Part shown: positions 39,344 to 57,928 of the stretch, one piece after another
How the letters are laid out: every line of letters begins with the position of its first letter
How positions within the stretch are numbered: position 1 is the stretch's first letter
Source: the human T2T-CHM13v2.0 reference genome, Homo sapiens
DNA: 64,000 bases
Strand: one strand, 5' to 3'
Assembly (NCBI RefSeq): GCF_009914755.1
Contig: NC_060948.1
The notes under the pieces: model-generated
Databases searched by the model: none
Told to the model about the DNA's origin: nothing
Seen by the model: the letters and a program-made list of their open reading frames with translations, nothing else
Program-made: the position numbers and the translations under genes

Positions 39344-41441
39344 AGATCCATATTTTTTAAATGAAAAAAAATTTCAAAGGTACTCTGCTTGGTACAATAA
39401 TCAAATGTATAAACTGAGGAATAAAACATAACCATGAAACCTACTTATAACTGCATATGGAAAATACAGAGGATAATTTTTTAAATAACATATTTTGAAA
39501 GCCTTAACTAGTAATTTGAAGAGTTGGCATTTGAAAGGCCAGTATGAATATACCTTCAAAGCAGCAACACAGGTTCCCCATGAGAAAAAGCAAACACAGG
39601 GAAAATAAAAACACAAAGGTTCAATCTCTTCTGACCTTTGAAAGACACAGCACAGACAGTGGTCCTTAGGACGAAGAGCAGGAGACCCCTAATTCCGTCA
39701 CCATGGCGATAGGGCATAAACATTGCTGGGTGAGGGCACAATCCACATTGTGAGGTCCAACTGCTGCCAGGAAGACAGGAGTGCTTTTACATAGACCGAA
39801 AGGTCATTGAAGGCTCAGAGTTTTGTTTCAAGAACTGAATCCCAAGCCCACACGTTATTAGGCTGCGCTTCTTAAAACAAGTTATGAGATGGGAAAAAGG
39901 GCACCCACAAACATACGTATACATTATGTATATAATAATATACAGTATCATATATATAATATATATAACCTATGTATAATATTGTTTTACATCCTGCATC
40001 TTATGTTATATATATTGTATAAAATATAATAATTGATAATATATAAGTTTTATAATTATACAATATGACATATAGTATATATTATAATTTATGACATATA
40101 TAATATATGTTATATATCATATATAGAATATATTATACGGTTAATATACGTATTAAATATAAATTATACATTATATATATTATATATAATATATCTGTTA
40201 TATATAATATCCATTATGCATAATATATATATTTTGTCTATGTTATATATAGTATAAAACAACATATAATAATGTATAATTGTATATATAAAATGCGACA
40301 TATAATATATATTATATTTTATAACATATATATTATATATTATATATAATACGTTGTATGTATAATACCTATATTAAATATATATTATATGACTATGTTA
40401 TTAATTACATGTCACATGTGTTATATATTATATATTTTACATAGAATATACCGGTTACATACAATATATACTATGTTACCTATAATGTATAATTTATTAC
40501 ATGTAAAATAAAGAATGCAATATATTATGTAAAATTTATAATATACCATATGTGGAATGTGATATATATAACATATAATATATGATATATGATATACAGT
40601 ATATGATATATAACATACAATATATGATTCCTAATATATATGGTATACAATATGTATTTTATGGTATGTATTCTATATGTTTTATATTCTGTTATATATA
40701 ACTATTTGAAATTATATATAACTGTATAATATTTTATGTAAATATGTAATATAATATATATAACTATATAATATATTATATATAACTATATATTATGTTA
40801 TATATACTTTTATAACATAATTTACATAAAATATCATAATATAATATATATTATATTATTTCATATTACATAATATATATTACATATCACCCAATATAAC
40901 TAACATACATAATATTATAATATAGATTATATTGTGTTATATTAAATATCATATATATCATGTATCATATATTCTATAATATATATTACACATTATATAA
41001 TATGTATGTTGTCTATTATGTGATATATATAACTATATATATAATTATATTTTTATACATATAACTAGATAAACATGTAATTCTACATATTTTCATTTAT
41101 AATATGTAGAATTATATAATCATATATATTTATTTATATTCTATAAAAAATTTTATCATTATATAAATTATAATATATAAAAATTATAATATGTACTACA
41201 AATATATATATTATATATCATATATGATATAGTACCTTTGTTATATATCTTAGTACATATAAATGTGTATTATGTTATCTATAATTATATAATTTCATAT
41301 ATAAGATGTATAATATGTATCATATATTATATATGTTATGTACTATATGTAGTATATATAAGATGACACAGGATAAATATTATATACTATGACATATAAA
41401 ATATATCAGGTTATATGTTACATATAAGGCATAGCACATAA

Positions 41442-41756
<315 letters not shown>

Positions 41757-43884
41757 AGATCCATATTTTTTAAATGAAAAAAAATTTCAAAGGTACTCTG
41801 CTTGGTACAATAATCAAATGTATAAACTGAGGAATAAAACATAACCATGAAACCTACTTATAACTGCATATGGAAAATACAGAGGATAATTTTTTAAATA
41901 ACATATTTTGAAAGCCTTAACTAGTAATTTGAAGAGTTGGCGTTTGACAGGGCAGTATGAATATACCTTCAAATCAGCAACACAGGTTCCCCATGAGAAA
42001 AAGCAAACACAGGGAAAATAAAAACACAAAGGTTCAATCTCTTCTGACCTTTGAAAGACACAGCACAGACAGTGGTCCTTAGGACGAAGAGCAGGAGACC
42101 CCTAATTCCGTCACCATGGCGATAGGGCATAAACATTGCTGGGTGAGGGCACAATCCACATTGTGAGGTCCAACTGCTGCCAGGAAGACAGGAGTGCTTT
42201 TACATAGACCGAAAGGTCATTGAAGGCTCAGAGTTTTGTTTCAAGAACTGAATCCCAAGCCCACACGTTATTAGGCTGCGCTTCTTAAAACAAGTTATGA
42301 GATGGGAAAAAGGGCACCCACAAACATACGTATACATTATGTATATAATAATATACAGTGTCATATATATAATATATATAACCTATGTATAATATTGTTT
42401 TACATCCTGCATCTTATGTTATATATATTGTATAAAATATAATAATTGATAATATATAAGTTTTATAATTATACAATATGACATATAGTATATATTATAA
42501 TTTATGACATATATAATATATGTTATATGTCATATATAGAATATATTATACGGTTAATATACGTATTAAATATAAATTATACATTATATATATTATATAT
42601 AATATATCTGTTATATATAATACCCATTATGCATAATATATATATTATGTCTATGTTATATATAGTATAAAACAACATATAATAATATATAATTGTATAT
42701 ATAAAATGCGACATATAATATATATTATATTTTATAACATATGTAATATATATTATATATTATATATAATACGTTGTATGTATAATACCTATATTAAATA
42801 TATATTATATGACTATGTTATTAATTACATGTCACATGTGTTATATATTATATATTTTACATAGAATATACCGGTTACATACAATATATACTATGTTACC
42901 TATAATGTATAATTTATTACATGTAAAATAAAGAATGCAATATATTATGTACAATTTATAATATACAATATGTGGAATGTGATATATATAACATATAATA
43001 TATGATATATGATATACAGTATATGATATATAACATACAATATATGATTCCTAATATATATGGTATACAATATATATTTTATGATATGTATTCTATATGT
43101 TTTATATTCTGTTATATATAACTATTTGAAATTATAAATAACTGTATAATATTTTATGTAAATATGTAATAGAATATATATAAATATATAATATATTATA
43201 TATAACTATATATTATGTTATATATACTTTTATAACATAATTTACATAAAATATCATAATATAATATATATTATATTATTTCATATTACATAATATATAT
43301 TACATATCACCCAATATAACTAACATACATAATATTATAATATAGATTATATTGTGTTATATTAAATATCATATATATCATGTATCATATATTCTATAAT
43401 ATATATTACACATTATATAATATGTATGTTGTCTATTATGTGATATATATAACTATATATATAATTATATTTTTATACATATAACTAGATAAACATGTAA
43501 TTCTACATATTTTCATTTATAATATGTAGAATTATATAATCATATATAATTATTTATATTCTATAAAAAATTTTATCATTATATAAATTATAATATATAA
43601 AAATTATAATATGTACTACAAATATATATATTATACATCATATATGATATAGTACTTTTGTTATATATCATAATACATATAAATGTGTATTATGTTATCT
43701 ATAATTATATAATTTCATATATAAGATGTATAATATGTATCATATATTATATATGTTATGTAATATATATAGTATATATAAGATGACACAGGATAAATAT
43801 TATATACTATGACATATAAAATATATGAGGTTATATGTTACATATAAGGCATAGCACATAACATGTAATATGTATCATATATAA

Positions 43885-44175
43885 TTTTTTTTAGACAGAA
43901 TCTTGTCCTGTTGCACAGGGTGGGGTACAATGGCGCCATCTTTGCTCACTGCAACTTCTGCCTCACGGGTCCAAGCGATTGTCCTCCCTCAGCCTCCCAG
44001 GTAGCTGGGACTACACCACACTGGGACTACACCAGCTGCCACCATGCCTAGCTAATTTTTTGGATTTTTAGTAGTGACAGCGTTTCACTGTATTGGCCAG
44101 GATGGTCTTGATCTCTTCACCTTGTGATCCCCTTGCCTTGGCCTCCAAATTTGCTGGGATTACAGGCCTGAGCCA
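43885..44175 (-). mobile_element. Alu, DYZ2 unit 19
   Basis: Copy of 415-706 with a T8 tail. Confidence 0.95.
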
Positions 44176-44599
44176 AGATCCATATTTTTTAAATGAAAAA
44201 AAATTTCAAAGGTACTCTGCTTGGTACAATAATCAAATGTATAAACTGAGGAATAAAACATAACCATGAAACCTACTTATAACTGCATATGGAAAATACA
44301 GAGGATAATTTTTTAAATAACATATTTTGAAAGCCTTAACTAGTAATTTGAAGAGTTGGCATTTGAAAGGCCAGTATGAATATACCTTCAAAGCAGCAAC
44401 ACAGGTTCCCCATGAGAAAAAGCAAACACAGGGAAAATAAAAACACAAAGGTTCAATGTCTTCTGACCTTTGAAAGACACAGCACAGACAGTGGTCCTTA
44501 GGACGAAGAGCAGGAGACCCCTAATTCCGTCACCATGGCGATAGGGCATAAACATTGCTGGGTGAGGGCACAATCCACATTGTGAGGTCCAACTGCTGC

Positions 44600-48037
<3,438 letters not shown>

Positions 48038-48255
48038 TGGACTCCTTTGGAATGGTCTAGTATGCAATGCAATCGACTGGCAGGGAATTAAAAGGAATGC
48101 AATCGAATGGATTGCACAGGAATGCAATGGACTCGAATAGATTGGAAACAGAATGCAAAGGAATGGAATGGAATAGTATGGAATGGAATGGAAAGGAATG
48201 GAGTGGAATAGACTAGAGTAGAATGGAATTTACTCGAAAGCAATGGACTGGAATA

Positions 48256-48268
48256 GAACTTTCTTGAA
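48256..48268. promoter_or_regulatory. Heat-shock-element consensus match GAAnnTTCnnGAA (recurs once per DYZ1 unit, e.g. 51035-51047)
   Basis: Sequence GAActTTCttGAA. Motif match only; binding is not shown. Confidence 0.4.
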
Positions 48269-49733
48269 TGGGCTGGAATCAAACGGAATGGAATGCTGTG
48301 CAATCAAATAGAATGAAAGAGAATCAAATCCAATCGAATGGATTGGAAAGGAATTGACTGAAATGGAATGGACTAGAATGGAAGGCAAAGGAATGGAATC
48401 TATAGGAATGGACTGTAATGGAATGGAATGGAAGGGATTGGAATGGAATCGAATGGAATGGACTGCAATAGAAAGGATTCGAATGGAATGAAAAAGAATT
48501 GAATGGAATAGAACAGAATGGAATCAAATCGAATGAAATGGAATGGAATAGAAAGGATTCGAAAGGAATGCAATCGAACGGAATGGAATCGAACGGAATG
48601 GAATAAAATGGAAGAAAACTGGCAAGAAATGGAATCGAAATGAATGGAGTGTTATGGAACGGACTCAAAAGGAATTGAATGTAATAGAATGGAGTGGAGT
48701 GGACTCGAATATAATGGACTGGAATGGAATGAAATCACATGGAATGGGAACGAATGGAATGGAATGGAAAGGAATGGAATCGAATGGAAAGGAATCGAAT
48801 GGAAGGGAATGAAATTGAATCAACAGGAATGGAAGGGAATAGAATAGACGGTAATGGAATGGACTCGAATAGAATGGACACGAATGCTGAAATTGAATGG
48901 ACTCGAATGGAATGGAAACGAAAGGAATGTCATCGAATGTAATTGAATCGATTGGAATGAAATCGCATAGAATGGAGTGGAATCAAATGGAATTGAGTCG
49001 AAAGGAAAGGAAGCGAATGGACTGAAATGAAATGGAATGGAATTGAATGGAAAGTAATGCAATGGAATAGAATGGAACGAAATTTCACGGAATGGAATCA
49101 AACTGAATGGAATCAAATCAATGGAATCAAATCAAATGGAATGGAAAGGAATTGAATGGAGTAGATGGGATTGGATGGGATTGGAATGAAATGTACTGGA
49201 AAGGACTCGAATTTCATGAAACGGAATGGAATGAATTGGAACGGAATGGACTCGAATGGAATGGAATGTCATGGAATGGCATCAAATGGAATGGCATCAA
49301 ATGGAATGGAATCGAATGCAATGGAATGCTATGGAATGGAATGGAATGCATTGGAATGGAATGTCCTCTAATGGAATGGATTCGAGTGGAATGGAATCGA
49401 ATATAATGGAGTCGAATGAAATGGAATTGAAAGGAATGGGATCGAATACCATGTAATATACTGGAATGTAATGTAATGAACTCGAATGTAATTGACTGGA
49501 ATGGAATGTACATGAATGGAATGTAATCGAATGGAAAGTAATCCAATGGAATAGAATCTAATGCAATAAAATCGACTCAAATAGAATAGAATGTAATGGA
49601 ATGGAGTGCAGAGCAATGGAATGGAATGGAATGGAATGCAGTGGAATGGAATGGAATGGAATGCAATGGAATGGAATGTATTAGAATGTAATGAACATTA
49701 ATGGAATGTACTCGAATGGATTCGACTGGAATG

Positions 49734-49746
49734 GAATGTTCTGGAA
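49734..49746. promoter_or_regulatory. Heat-shock-element consensus match (recurs per DYZ1 unit, e.g. 53278-53290)
   Basis: Sequence GAAtgTTCtgGAA. Motif match only. Confidence 0.4.
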
Positions 49747-50013
49747 GTTTATGGACTCCAATGGAATAGATTCGAAAGGAATGGAATCGAACGGAATGGA
49801 ATCTAATGGAATGGAATTAAATGGAAATGAATCAAATTGAATAGCACGGAATTGAATTGAATGGAATAGAATGCAATGGAATCTAATGAAACAGAAAGGA
49901 AAGGAATGGAATGGAATGGAATGGGCTGGAATGGAATGGAATCGAAACGAATGGAATGGAATCGAACTAAAGAGACTGGAATGGAATGCACTGGAATGGA
50001 AGGGAGTGTAATG

Positions 50014-50026
50014 GAAGGTTCTCGAA
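50014..50026. promoter_or_regulatory. Heat-shock-element consensus match (recurs e.g. 53558-53570; disrupted in unit 4 at ~60641)
   Basis: Sequence GAAggTTCtcGAA. Motif match only. Confidence 0.4.
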
Positions 50027-50815
50027 AAAAATGGAATCGAATGGAATGGAATTGAATGGAACGGAATAGAGTCGAATGGAATTGAATGGAATGGAATGGA
50101 CTAGAGTGAAATGGAATCGAACCACAAGGAATGGACAGGAATAGAATGGTCTCGAATTGAATGGAATCGTATGGAATGGCATCAAACGGAATGGAATGGA
50201 CAGCCACGGAATGGAATGCACTCGAATGCAATGGAGTCGAAACTAATGGACTGGAATAGAATGGACTCGACTGGTACGGACTCCAATGGAATGGAATCGA
50301 ATGGAAGGGAATCGAACAGAATGGACTCGAAGGGAAAAGACTGCAATGGAAAGGTCTCGAATGGAATGGAAATTAATGGAATGGAATGGAATCGAATGAA
50401 GTGGAGTCAAAAGGAATGGAATCGAATGGCAAGAAATCGAATGTAATGGAATCGCAAGGAATTGATGTGAACGGAACGGAATGGAATGGAATCCAAAGGA
50501 ATGGAATAGAATGGAATGGAATCAAATGGAAAGGACTCGAATGGAAATCACTCGAATAGAATGCAATTTAATAAAATAGGATCAAATGTAATGGAATGGA
50601 ATGGAAAGGAATCGAAACGAAAGGAATGGAGACAGATGGAATGGAATGGAACAGAGAGCAATGGTATAGAATGGAATGGAATCATCTGGAATGGAATTGA
50701 ATGGAATGCAATAACATGAAATGGAATGGAATGGAATGGAATGCCCTTGAATTAAATGGACTGGAATGGAATGGACTCGAACAGAGTGTAATGGAAAGTG
50801 TTGAAATAGAATGGA

Positions 50816-53800
50816 ATGGACTCGTTTGGAATGGTCTAGTATGCAATGCAATCGACTGGCAGGGAATCAAAAGGAATGTAATCGAATGGATTGGACTGGA
50901 ATGCAATGGACTCGAATAGATTGGAAACGGAATGCAAAGGAATGGAATGGAATAGTATGGAATGGAATGGAAAGGAATGGAGTGGAATAGACTAGAGTGG
51001 AATGGAATGGACTCAAAAGCAATGGACTGGAATGGAACTTTCTTGAATGGACTGGAATCAAACGGAATGGAATGCAATGCAATCAAATGGCATGGAATAA
51101 CATAGAATGAAAGAGAATCAAATGGAATTGAATGGAATGGAATCGAATGGATTGGAAAGGAATAGAATGGAATGGAATGGAATTGACTCAAATGGAATGG
51201 ACTAGAATGGAATGGATTCGAATGGAAGGCAAAGGAATGGAATCTATTGGAATGGACTGTAATGGAATGGAATGGAAGGGATTGGAATGGACTCGAATGG
51301 AATGGACTGCAATAGAAAGGATTCGAATGGAATGAAAAAGAATTGAATGGAATAGAACAGAATGGAATCAAATCGAATGAAATGGAATGGAATAGAAAGG
51401 AATGGAATGAAATGGAATGGAAAGGATTCGAATGGAATGCAATCGAATGGAATGGAATCGAACGGAATGGAATAAAATGGAAGAAAACTGGCAAGAAATG
51501 GAATCGAAATGAATGGAGTGTTATGGAACGGACTCAAAAGGAATTGAATGTAATAGAATTGAGTGAAGTGGACTCGAATATAATGGACTGGAATGGAATG
51601 AAATCACATGGAATGGGAACGAATGGAATGGAATGGAAAGGAATGGAATCGAATGGAAAGGAATGGAATGGAAGGGAATGAAACTGAATCAACAGGAATG
51701 GAAGGGAGTAGAATAGACGGTAATGGAATGGACTCGAATAGAATGGACACGAATGCACAAATTGAATGGACTCGAATGGAATGGAAACGAAAGGAATGTC
51801 ATCGAATGGAATTGAATCGATTGGAATGAAATCGCATAGAATGGAGTGGAATCAAATGGAATTGAATCGAAAGGAAAGGAAGCGAATGGACTGAAATGGA
51901 ATGGAATGGAATGGAAAGTAATGCAATGGAATAGAATGGAACGAAATTTCACGGAATGGAATCAAACTGAATGGAATCAAATCAATGGAATATAATCAAA
52001 TGGAATGGAAAGGAATTGAATGGAGTAGATTGGATTGGATGGGATTGGAATGAAATGGAATGGAAAGGACTCGAATTTCATGAAACGGAATGGAATGAAT
52101 TGGAACGGAATGGACTCGAATGGAATGGAATGTCATGGAATTGCATCAAATGGAATGGCATCAAAGGGAATGGAATCGAATGCAATGGAATGCTATGGAA
52201 TGGAATGGAATGCATTGGAATGGAATGTCCTCTAATGGAATGGATTCGAGTGGAATGGAATCGAATATAATGGAGTCGAATGAAATGGAATTGAAAGGAA
52301 TGGGATCGAATACAATGGAATATACTGGAATGTAACGTAATGAACTCGAATGTAATTGACTGGAATGGAATGTACACGAATGGAATGTAATCGAATGGAA
52401 AGTAATCCAATGGAATAGAATGTAATGCAATAAAATCGACTCAAATAGAATAGAATGCAATGGAATGGAGTGCAGTGCAATGGAATGGAATGGAATGGAA
52501 TGCAATGGAATGGAATGGAATGGAATGGAATGCAATGGGATGGAATGGTATGGAATGGATAGTAATGGACTGGAGTGAAATGGACTGGAAAGGAATGGAC
52601 TCAAATTGAAAGGTCTCGAAAGGAATGGAGTCAAATGGAATGGTCTGGAATGGAATGAACACGAATGTAATGCAATCCAATAGAATGGAATCGAATGGCA
52701 TGGAATATAAAGAAATGGAATCGAAGAGAATGGAAACAAATGGAATGGAATTGAATGGAATGGAATTGAATGGAATGGGAACGAATGGAGTGAAATTGTA
52801 TGCAGTAGAAGAGAATAGAATGGAATGCAAGCGAAAGGAAAGGAATGGATTGGAATGGAATGGAATTCATTGGAATGGAAGGGAATGTAGTGTAATGGAC
52901 AGGCCTGGAATAAAGTGGAATGCTACGGTCTCGAATGGAATAAAAATGTATGGAATGGAATGCAATGAAACGGAATCGAATGTCATAGAATGTAATGGAA
53001 TGCAAAAAAATGGAATCCAAAATCATTGACTGGAAAGGCTGGGTGTCGAAAGGAATTGACTCCAATGGAATGGAATCGAATGGAATGGAAGTGAATAGAA
53101 TCGAACTAAATCGAATGGAATGGAATTGATAGGAACGGAATGGAAAGGAATGCAATGATTTGGCATGGAATGGAATCGAATGGCATCGAATGGAATGGAA
53201 TGGAATGCAATGGAATGGAATATATTAGAATGTAATGAACTTTAATGGAATGTACTCGAATGGATTCGACTGGAATGGAATGTTCTGGAAGTGAATGGAC
53301 TCCAATGGAATGGATTCGAAAGGAATGGAATCGTACGGAATGGAATCTAATGGAATGGAATTAAATGGAAATGAATCAAATTGAATAGCACGGAATTGAA
53401 TTGAATGGAATGGAATGCAATGGAATCTAATGAAACGGAAAGGAAAGGAATGGAATGGAATGGAATGGGCTGGAATGGAAAGGAATCGAAACGAATGGAA
53501 TGGAATCGAACTGAAGAGACTGGAATGGAATGCACTGGAATGGAAGGGAGTGTAATGGAAGGTTCTCGAAAAAAATGGAATCGAATGGAATGGAATTGAA
53601 TGGAACGGAATAGAGTCGAATGGAATTGAATGGAATGGAATGGACTAGAGTGAAATGGAATCGAACCACAAGGAATGGACAGGAATAGAATGGTCTCGAA
53701 TTGAATGGAATCGTATGGAATGGCATCAAACGGAATGGAATGGACAGCCACGGAATGGAATGCACTCGAATGCAATGGAGTCGAAACTAATGGACTGGAA

Positions 53801-54359
53801 TAGAATGGACTCGACTGGTACGGACTCCAATGGAATGGAATCGAATGCAAGGGAATCGAACGGAATGGACTCGAAGGGAAAAGACTGCAATGGAAAGGTC
53901 TCGAATGGAATGGAAATTAATGGAATGGATTGGAATCGAATGAAATGGAGTCAAAAGGAATGGAATCGAATGGCAAGAAATCAAATGTAATGGAATCGCA
54001 AGGAATTGATGTGAACGGAACGGAATGGAATGGAATCCAAAGGAATGGAATAGAATGGAATGGAATCGAATGGAAAGGACTCGAATGGAAATCACTCGAA
54101 TAGAATGCAATTTAATAAAATAGGATCAAATGTAATGGAATGGAATGGAAAGGAATCGAAACGAAAGGAATGGAGACAGATGGAATGGAATGGAACAGAG
54201 AGCAATGGTATAGAATGGAATGGAATCATCTGGAATGGAATTGAATGGAATGGAATAACATGAAATGGAATGGAATGGAATGGAATGCCCTTGAATTAAA
54301 TGGACTGGAATGGAATGGACTCGAACAGAGTGGAATGGAAAGTGTTGAAATATAATGGA
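50816..54359 (+). repeat. DYZ1 unit 2 (3544 bp, phased from the junction)
   Basis: Landmark spacing. Confidence 0.9.
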
Positions 54360-57300
54360 ATGGACTCCTTTGGAATGGTCTAGTATGCAATGCAATCGAC
54401 TGGCAGGGAATCAAAAGGAATGTAATCGAATGGATTGGACTGGAATGCAATGGATTCGAATAGATTGGAAACGGAATGCAAAGTAATGGAAAGGAATAGT
54501 ATGGAATGGAATGGAAAGGAATGGAGTGGAATAGACTAGAGTGGAATGGAATGGACTGGAAAGCAATGGACTGGAATGGAACTTTCTTGAATGGACTGGA
54601 ATCAAACGGAATGGAATGCAATGCAATCAAATGGCATGGAATAAAATAGAATGAAAGAGAATCAAACGGAATTGAATCGAATGGAATCGAATGGATTGGA
54701 AAGGAATAGAATGGAATGGAATGGAATTGACTCAAATGGAATGGACTAGAATGGAATGGATTCGAATGGAAGGCAAAGGAATGGAATCTATTGGAATGGA
54801 CTGTAATGGAATGGAATGGAAGGGATTGGAATGGACTCGAATGGAATGGACTGCAATAGAAAGGATTCGAATGGAATGAAAAAGAATTGAATGGAATAGA
54901 ACAGAATGGAATCAAACCTCATGAAATAGAATGGAATAGAAAGGAATGGAATGAAATGGAATGGAAAGGATTCGAATGGAATGCAATCGAATGGAATGCA
55001 ATCGAATGGAATGGAATCGAACGGAATGGAATAAAATGGAAGAAAACTGGCAAGAAATGGAATCGAAATGAATCGAGTGTTATGGATCGGACTCAAAAGG
55101 AATTGAATGTAATAGAATGGAGTGGAGTGGACTCGAATATAATGGACTGGAATGGAATGAAATCACATGGAATGGGAACGAATGGAATGGAATGGAAAGG
55201 AATGGAATCGAATGGAAAGGAATCGAATGGAAGGGAATGAAATTGAATCAACAGGAATGGAAGGGAGTAGAATAGACGGTAATGGAATGGACTCGAATAG
55301 AATGGACACGAATGCTCAAATTGAATGGACTCGAATGGAATGGAAACGAAAGGAATGTCATCGAATGGAATTGAATCGGTTGGAATGAAATCGCATAGAA
55401 TGGAGTGGAATCAAATGGAATTGAATCGAAAGGAAAGGAAGCGAATGGACTGAAATGAAATGGAATGGAATTGAATGGAAAGTAATGCAATGGAATAGAA
55501 TGGAACGAAATTTCACGGAATGGAATCAAACTGAATGGAATCAAATCAATGGAATATAATCAAATGGAATGGAAAGGAATTGAATGGAGTAGATTGGGTT
55601 GGATGGGATTGGAATGAAATGGAATGGAAAGGACTCGAATTTCATGAAACGGAATGGAATGAATTGGAACGGAATGGACTCGAATGGAATGGAATGACAT
55701 GGAATGGCAAGAAATGGAATGGCATCAAAGGGAATGGAATCGAATGCAATGGAATGCTATGGAATGGAATGGAATGCATTGGAATGGAATGTCCTCTAAT
55801 GGAATGGATTCGAGTGGAATGGAATCTAATATAATGGAGTCGAATGAAATGGAATTGAAAGGAATGGGATCGAATACAATGGAATATACTGGAATGTAAT
55901 GTAAAGAACTCGAATGTAATTGAATGGAAAGGAATGTACATGAATGGAATGTAATCGAATGGAAAGTAATCCAATGGAATAGTATCTAATGTAATAAAAT
56001 CGACTCAGATAGAGTAGAATGTAATGGAATGGAGTGTAGTGCAATGGAATGGAATGGAATGGAATGCAATGGAATGGAAAGGAATGGAATGGAATGGAAT
56101 GGAATGGGATGGAATGGTATGGAATGGATAGTAATGGACTGGAGTGAAATGGACTGGAAAGGAATGGACTCAAATTGAAAGGTCTCGAAAGGAATGGAGT
56201 CAAAAGGAATGGTCTGGAATGGAATGAACACGAATGTAATGCAATCCAATAGAATGGAGTCGAATGGCATGGAATATAAAGAAATGGAATCGAAGAGAAT
56301 GGAAACAAATGGAATGGAATTGAATGGAATGGAATTGAATGGAATGGGAAGGAATGGAGTGAAATTGTATGCAGTAGAAGAGAATAGAATGGAATGCAAG
56401 CAAAAGGAAAGGAATGGATTGGAATGGAATGGAATTCATTGGAATGGAAGGGAATGTAGTGTAATGGACAGGCCTGGAATAAAGTGGAATGCTACGGTCT
56501 CGAATGGAATAAAAATGTATGGAATGGAATGCAATGAAACGGAATCGAATGTCATAGAATGTAATGGAATGCAAAAAAATGGAATCCAAAATCACTGACT
56601 GGAAAGGCTGGGTGTCGAAAGGAATTGACTCCAATGGAATGGAATCGAATGGAATGGAAGTGAATAGAATCGAACTAAATCGAATGGAATGGAATTGATA
56701 GGAACGGAATGGAAAGGAATGCAATGATTTGGCATGGAATGGAATCGAATGGCATCGAATGGAATGGAATGGAATGCAATGGAATGGAATGTATTAGAAT
56801 GTAATGAACTTTAATGGAATGTACTCGAATGGATTCGACTGGAATGGAATGTTCTGGAAGTGAATGGACTCCAATGGAATGGATTCAAAAGGAATGGAAT
56901 CGTACGGAATGGAATCTAATGGAATGGAATTAAATGGAAATGAATCAAATTGAATAGCACGGAATTGAATTGAATGGAATGGAATGCAATGGAATCTAAT
57001 GAAACGGAAAGGAAAGGAATGGAATGGAATGGAATGGGCTGGAATGGAAAGGAATCGAAACGAATGGAATGGAATCGAACTGAAGAGACTGGAATGGAAT
57101 GCACTGGAATGGAAGGGAGTGTAATGGAAGGTTCTCGAAAAAAATGGAATCGAATGGAATGGAATTGAATGGAACGGAATAGAGTCGAATGGAATTGAAT
57201 GGAATGGAATGGACTAGAGTGAAATGGAATCGAACCACAAGGAATGGACAGGAATAGAATGGTCTCGAATTGAATGGAATCGTATGGAATGGCATCAAAC

Positions 57301-57928
57301 GGAATGGAATGGACAGACACGGAATGGAATGCACTCGAATGCAATGGAGTCGAAACTAATGGACTGGAATAGAATGGACTCGACTGGTACGGACTCCAAT
57401 GGAATGGAATCGAATGGAAGGGAATCGAACGGAATGGACTCGAAGGGAAAAGACTGCAATGGAAAGGTCTCGAATGGAATGGAAATTAATGGAATGGAAT
57501 GGAATCGAATGAAATGGAGTCAAAAGGAATGGAATCGAATGGCAAGAAATCGAATGTAATGGAATCGCAAGGAATTGATGTGAACGGAACGGAATGGAAT
57601 GGAATCCAAAGGAATGGAATAGAATGGAATGGAATCGAATGGAAAGGACTCGAATGGAAATCACTCGAATAGAATGCAATTTAATAAAATAGGATCAAAT
57701 GTAATGGAATGGAATGGAAAGGAATCGAAACGAAAGGAATGGAGACAGATGGAATGGAATGGAACAGAGAGAAATGGTATAGAATGGAATGGAATCATCT
57801 GGAATGGAATTGAATGGAATGGAATAATATGAAATGGAATGGAATGGAATGGAATGTCCTTGAATTAAATGGACTGGAATGGAATGGACTCGAACAGCGT
57901 GGAATGGAAAGTGTTGAAATAGAATGGA
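54360..57928 (+). repeat. DYZ1 unit 3 (3569 bp)
   Basis: Landmark spacing. Confidence 0.9.

Noticed and set aside
40321-40350. Apparent second, independent 7-bp deletion in unit 17
   Set aside because: Equally explained by two substitutions on the common short allele; the alignment is ambiguous in low-complexity sequence.
49535-49552. TAATCCAAT resembling a DUX4-type site once per DYZ1 unit
   Set aside because: Only a partial match (followed by GG rather than CA); too weak to call.
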